Below are positions 33,753-33,942 of a stretch of 33,942 bases of DNA, one piece after another. The notes under the pieces are model-generated. The model had not been told where the DNA came from. It did not search any database and saw only the letters and a list, made by a program, of their open reading frames with translations. The translations under genes and the position numbers were made by a program. How positions within the stretch are numbered: position 1 is the first letter of the stretch; each line of letters starts with the position of its first letter. The stretch comes from Octopus bimaculoides (lineage: Eukaryota), in contig NC_068993.1 in NCBI RefSeq assembly GCF_001194135.2, positions 40,990,511-41,024,452 on the forward strand, written 5' to 3'.

Positions 33753-33910
33753 GGCGTAGGAGTGGCTGTGTGGTAAGTAGCTTGCTTACCAACCACATGG
33801 TTCCGGGTTCAGTTCCACTGCGTCGCACCTTGGGTGTCTTCTACTATAGCCTCGGGCCGACCAAAGCCTTGTGAGTGGATTTGGTAGACGGAAACTGAAA
33901 GGAGCCCGTC

Positions 33911-33942
<32 letters not shown>
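33753..33942 (+). mobile_element. SINE family 1, 5' half (well-preserved copy; window ends in its internal (TA)n)
   Basis: ggcgtaggagTGGCTGTGTGGtaag..GGTTCAGTTCC..ggatttggtagacggaaactgaaag..cccgtcg(TA)n. Confidence 0.9.

Noticed and set aside
33753-33830. SINE heads as tRNA genes (also 12085-12159, 26743-26810)
   Set aside because: A/B boxes are present, but no complete cloverleaf is evident and they continue into SINE bodies.

Overview
AT-rich, repeat-saturated animal genomic DNA from a gappy short-read assembly (nine N-gaps, about 3.3 kb in total, nearly all bordered by microsatellites). The tRNA-derived SINE families and the overall texture look like an octopus (coleoid cephalopod) genome; that assignment is from recall, not a search. 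No protein-coding gene, rRNA, true tRNA or CRISPR array can be identified with confidence, and most supplied ORFs are artefacts of microsatellites and N-runs. The window holds decayed Tc1/mariner elements (DD34D and DD41D types, plus mariner-derived MITEs), several 5'-truncated R4/Dong-like non-LTR retrotransposons with a C-terminal restriction-like endonuclease (RLE), about 14 SINE copies from three families, and many simple repeats. Most interesting observations: (1) an RLE retrotransposon family whose three copies all sit in (CATA)n microsatellites, with one copy apparently nested in the (CATA)n tract of another copy's own 3' UTR; (2) a canonical minimal hammerhead ribozyme core (Penelope type) on the minus strand plus two degenerate relics; (3) a 95%-identical 83-bp foldback next to candidate minus-strand exons; (4) a structured element carrying (TTAGGG)5 and a GNRA hairpin; (5) an 8-bp-TSD TIR element nested in a MITE.
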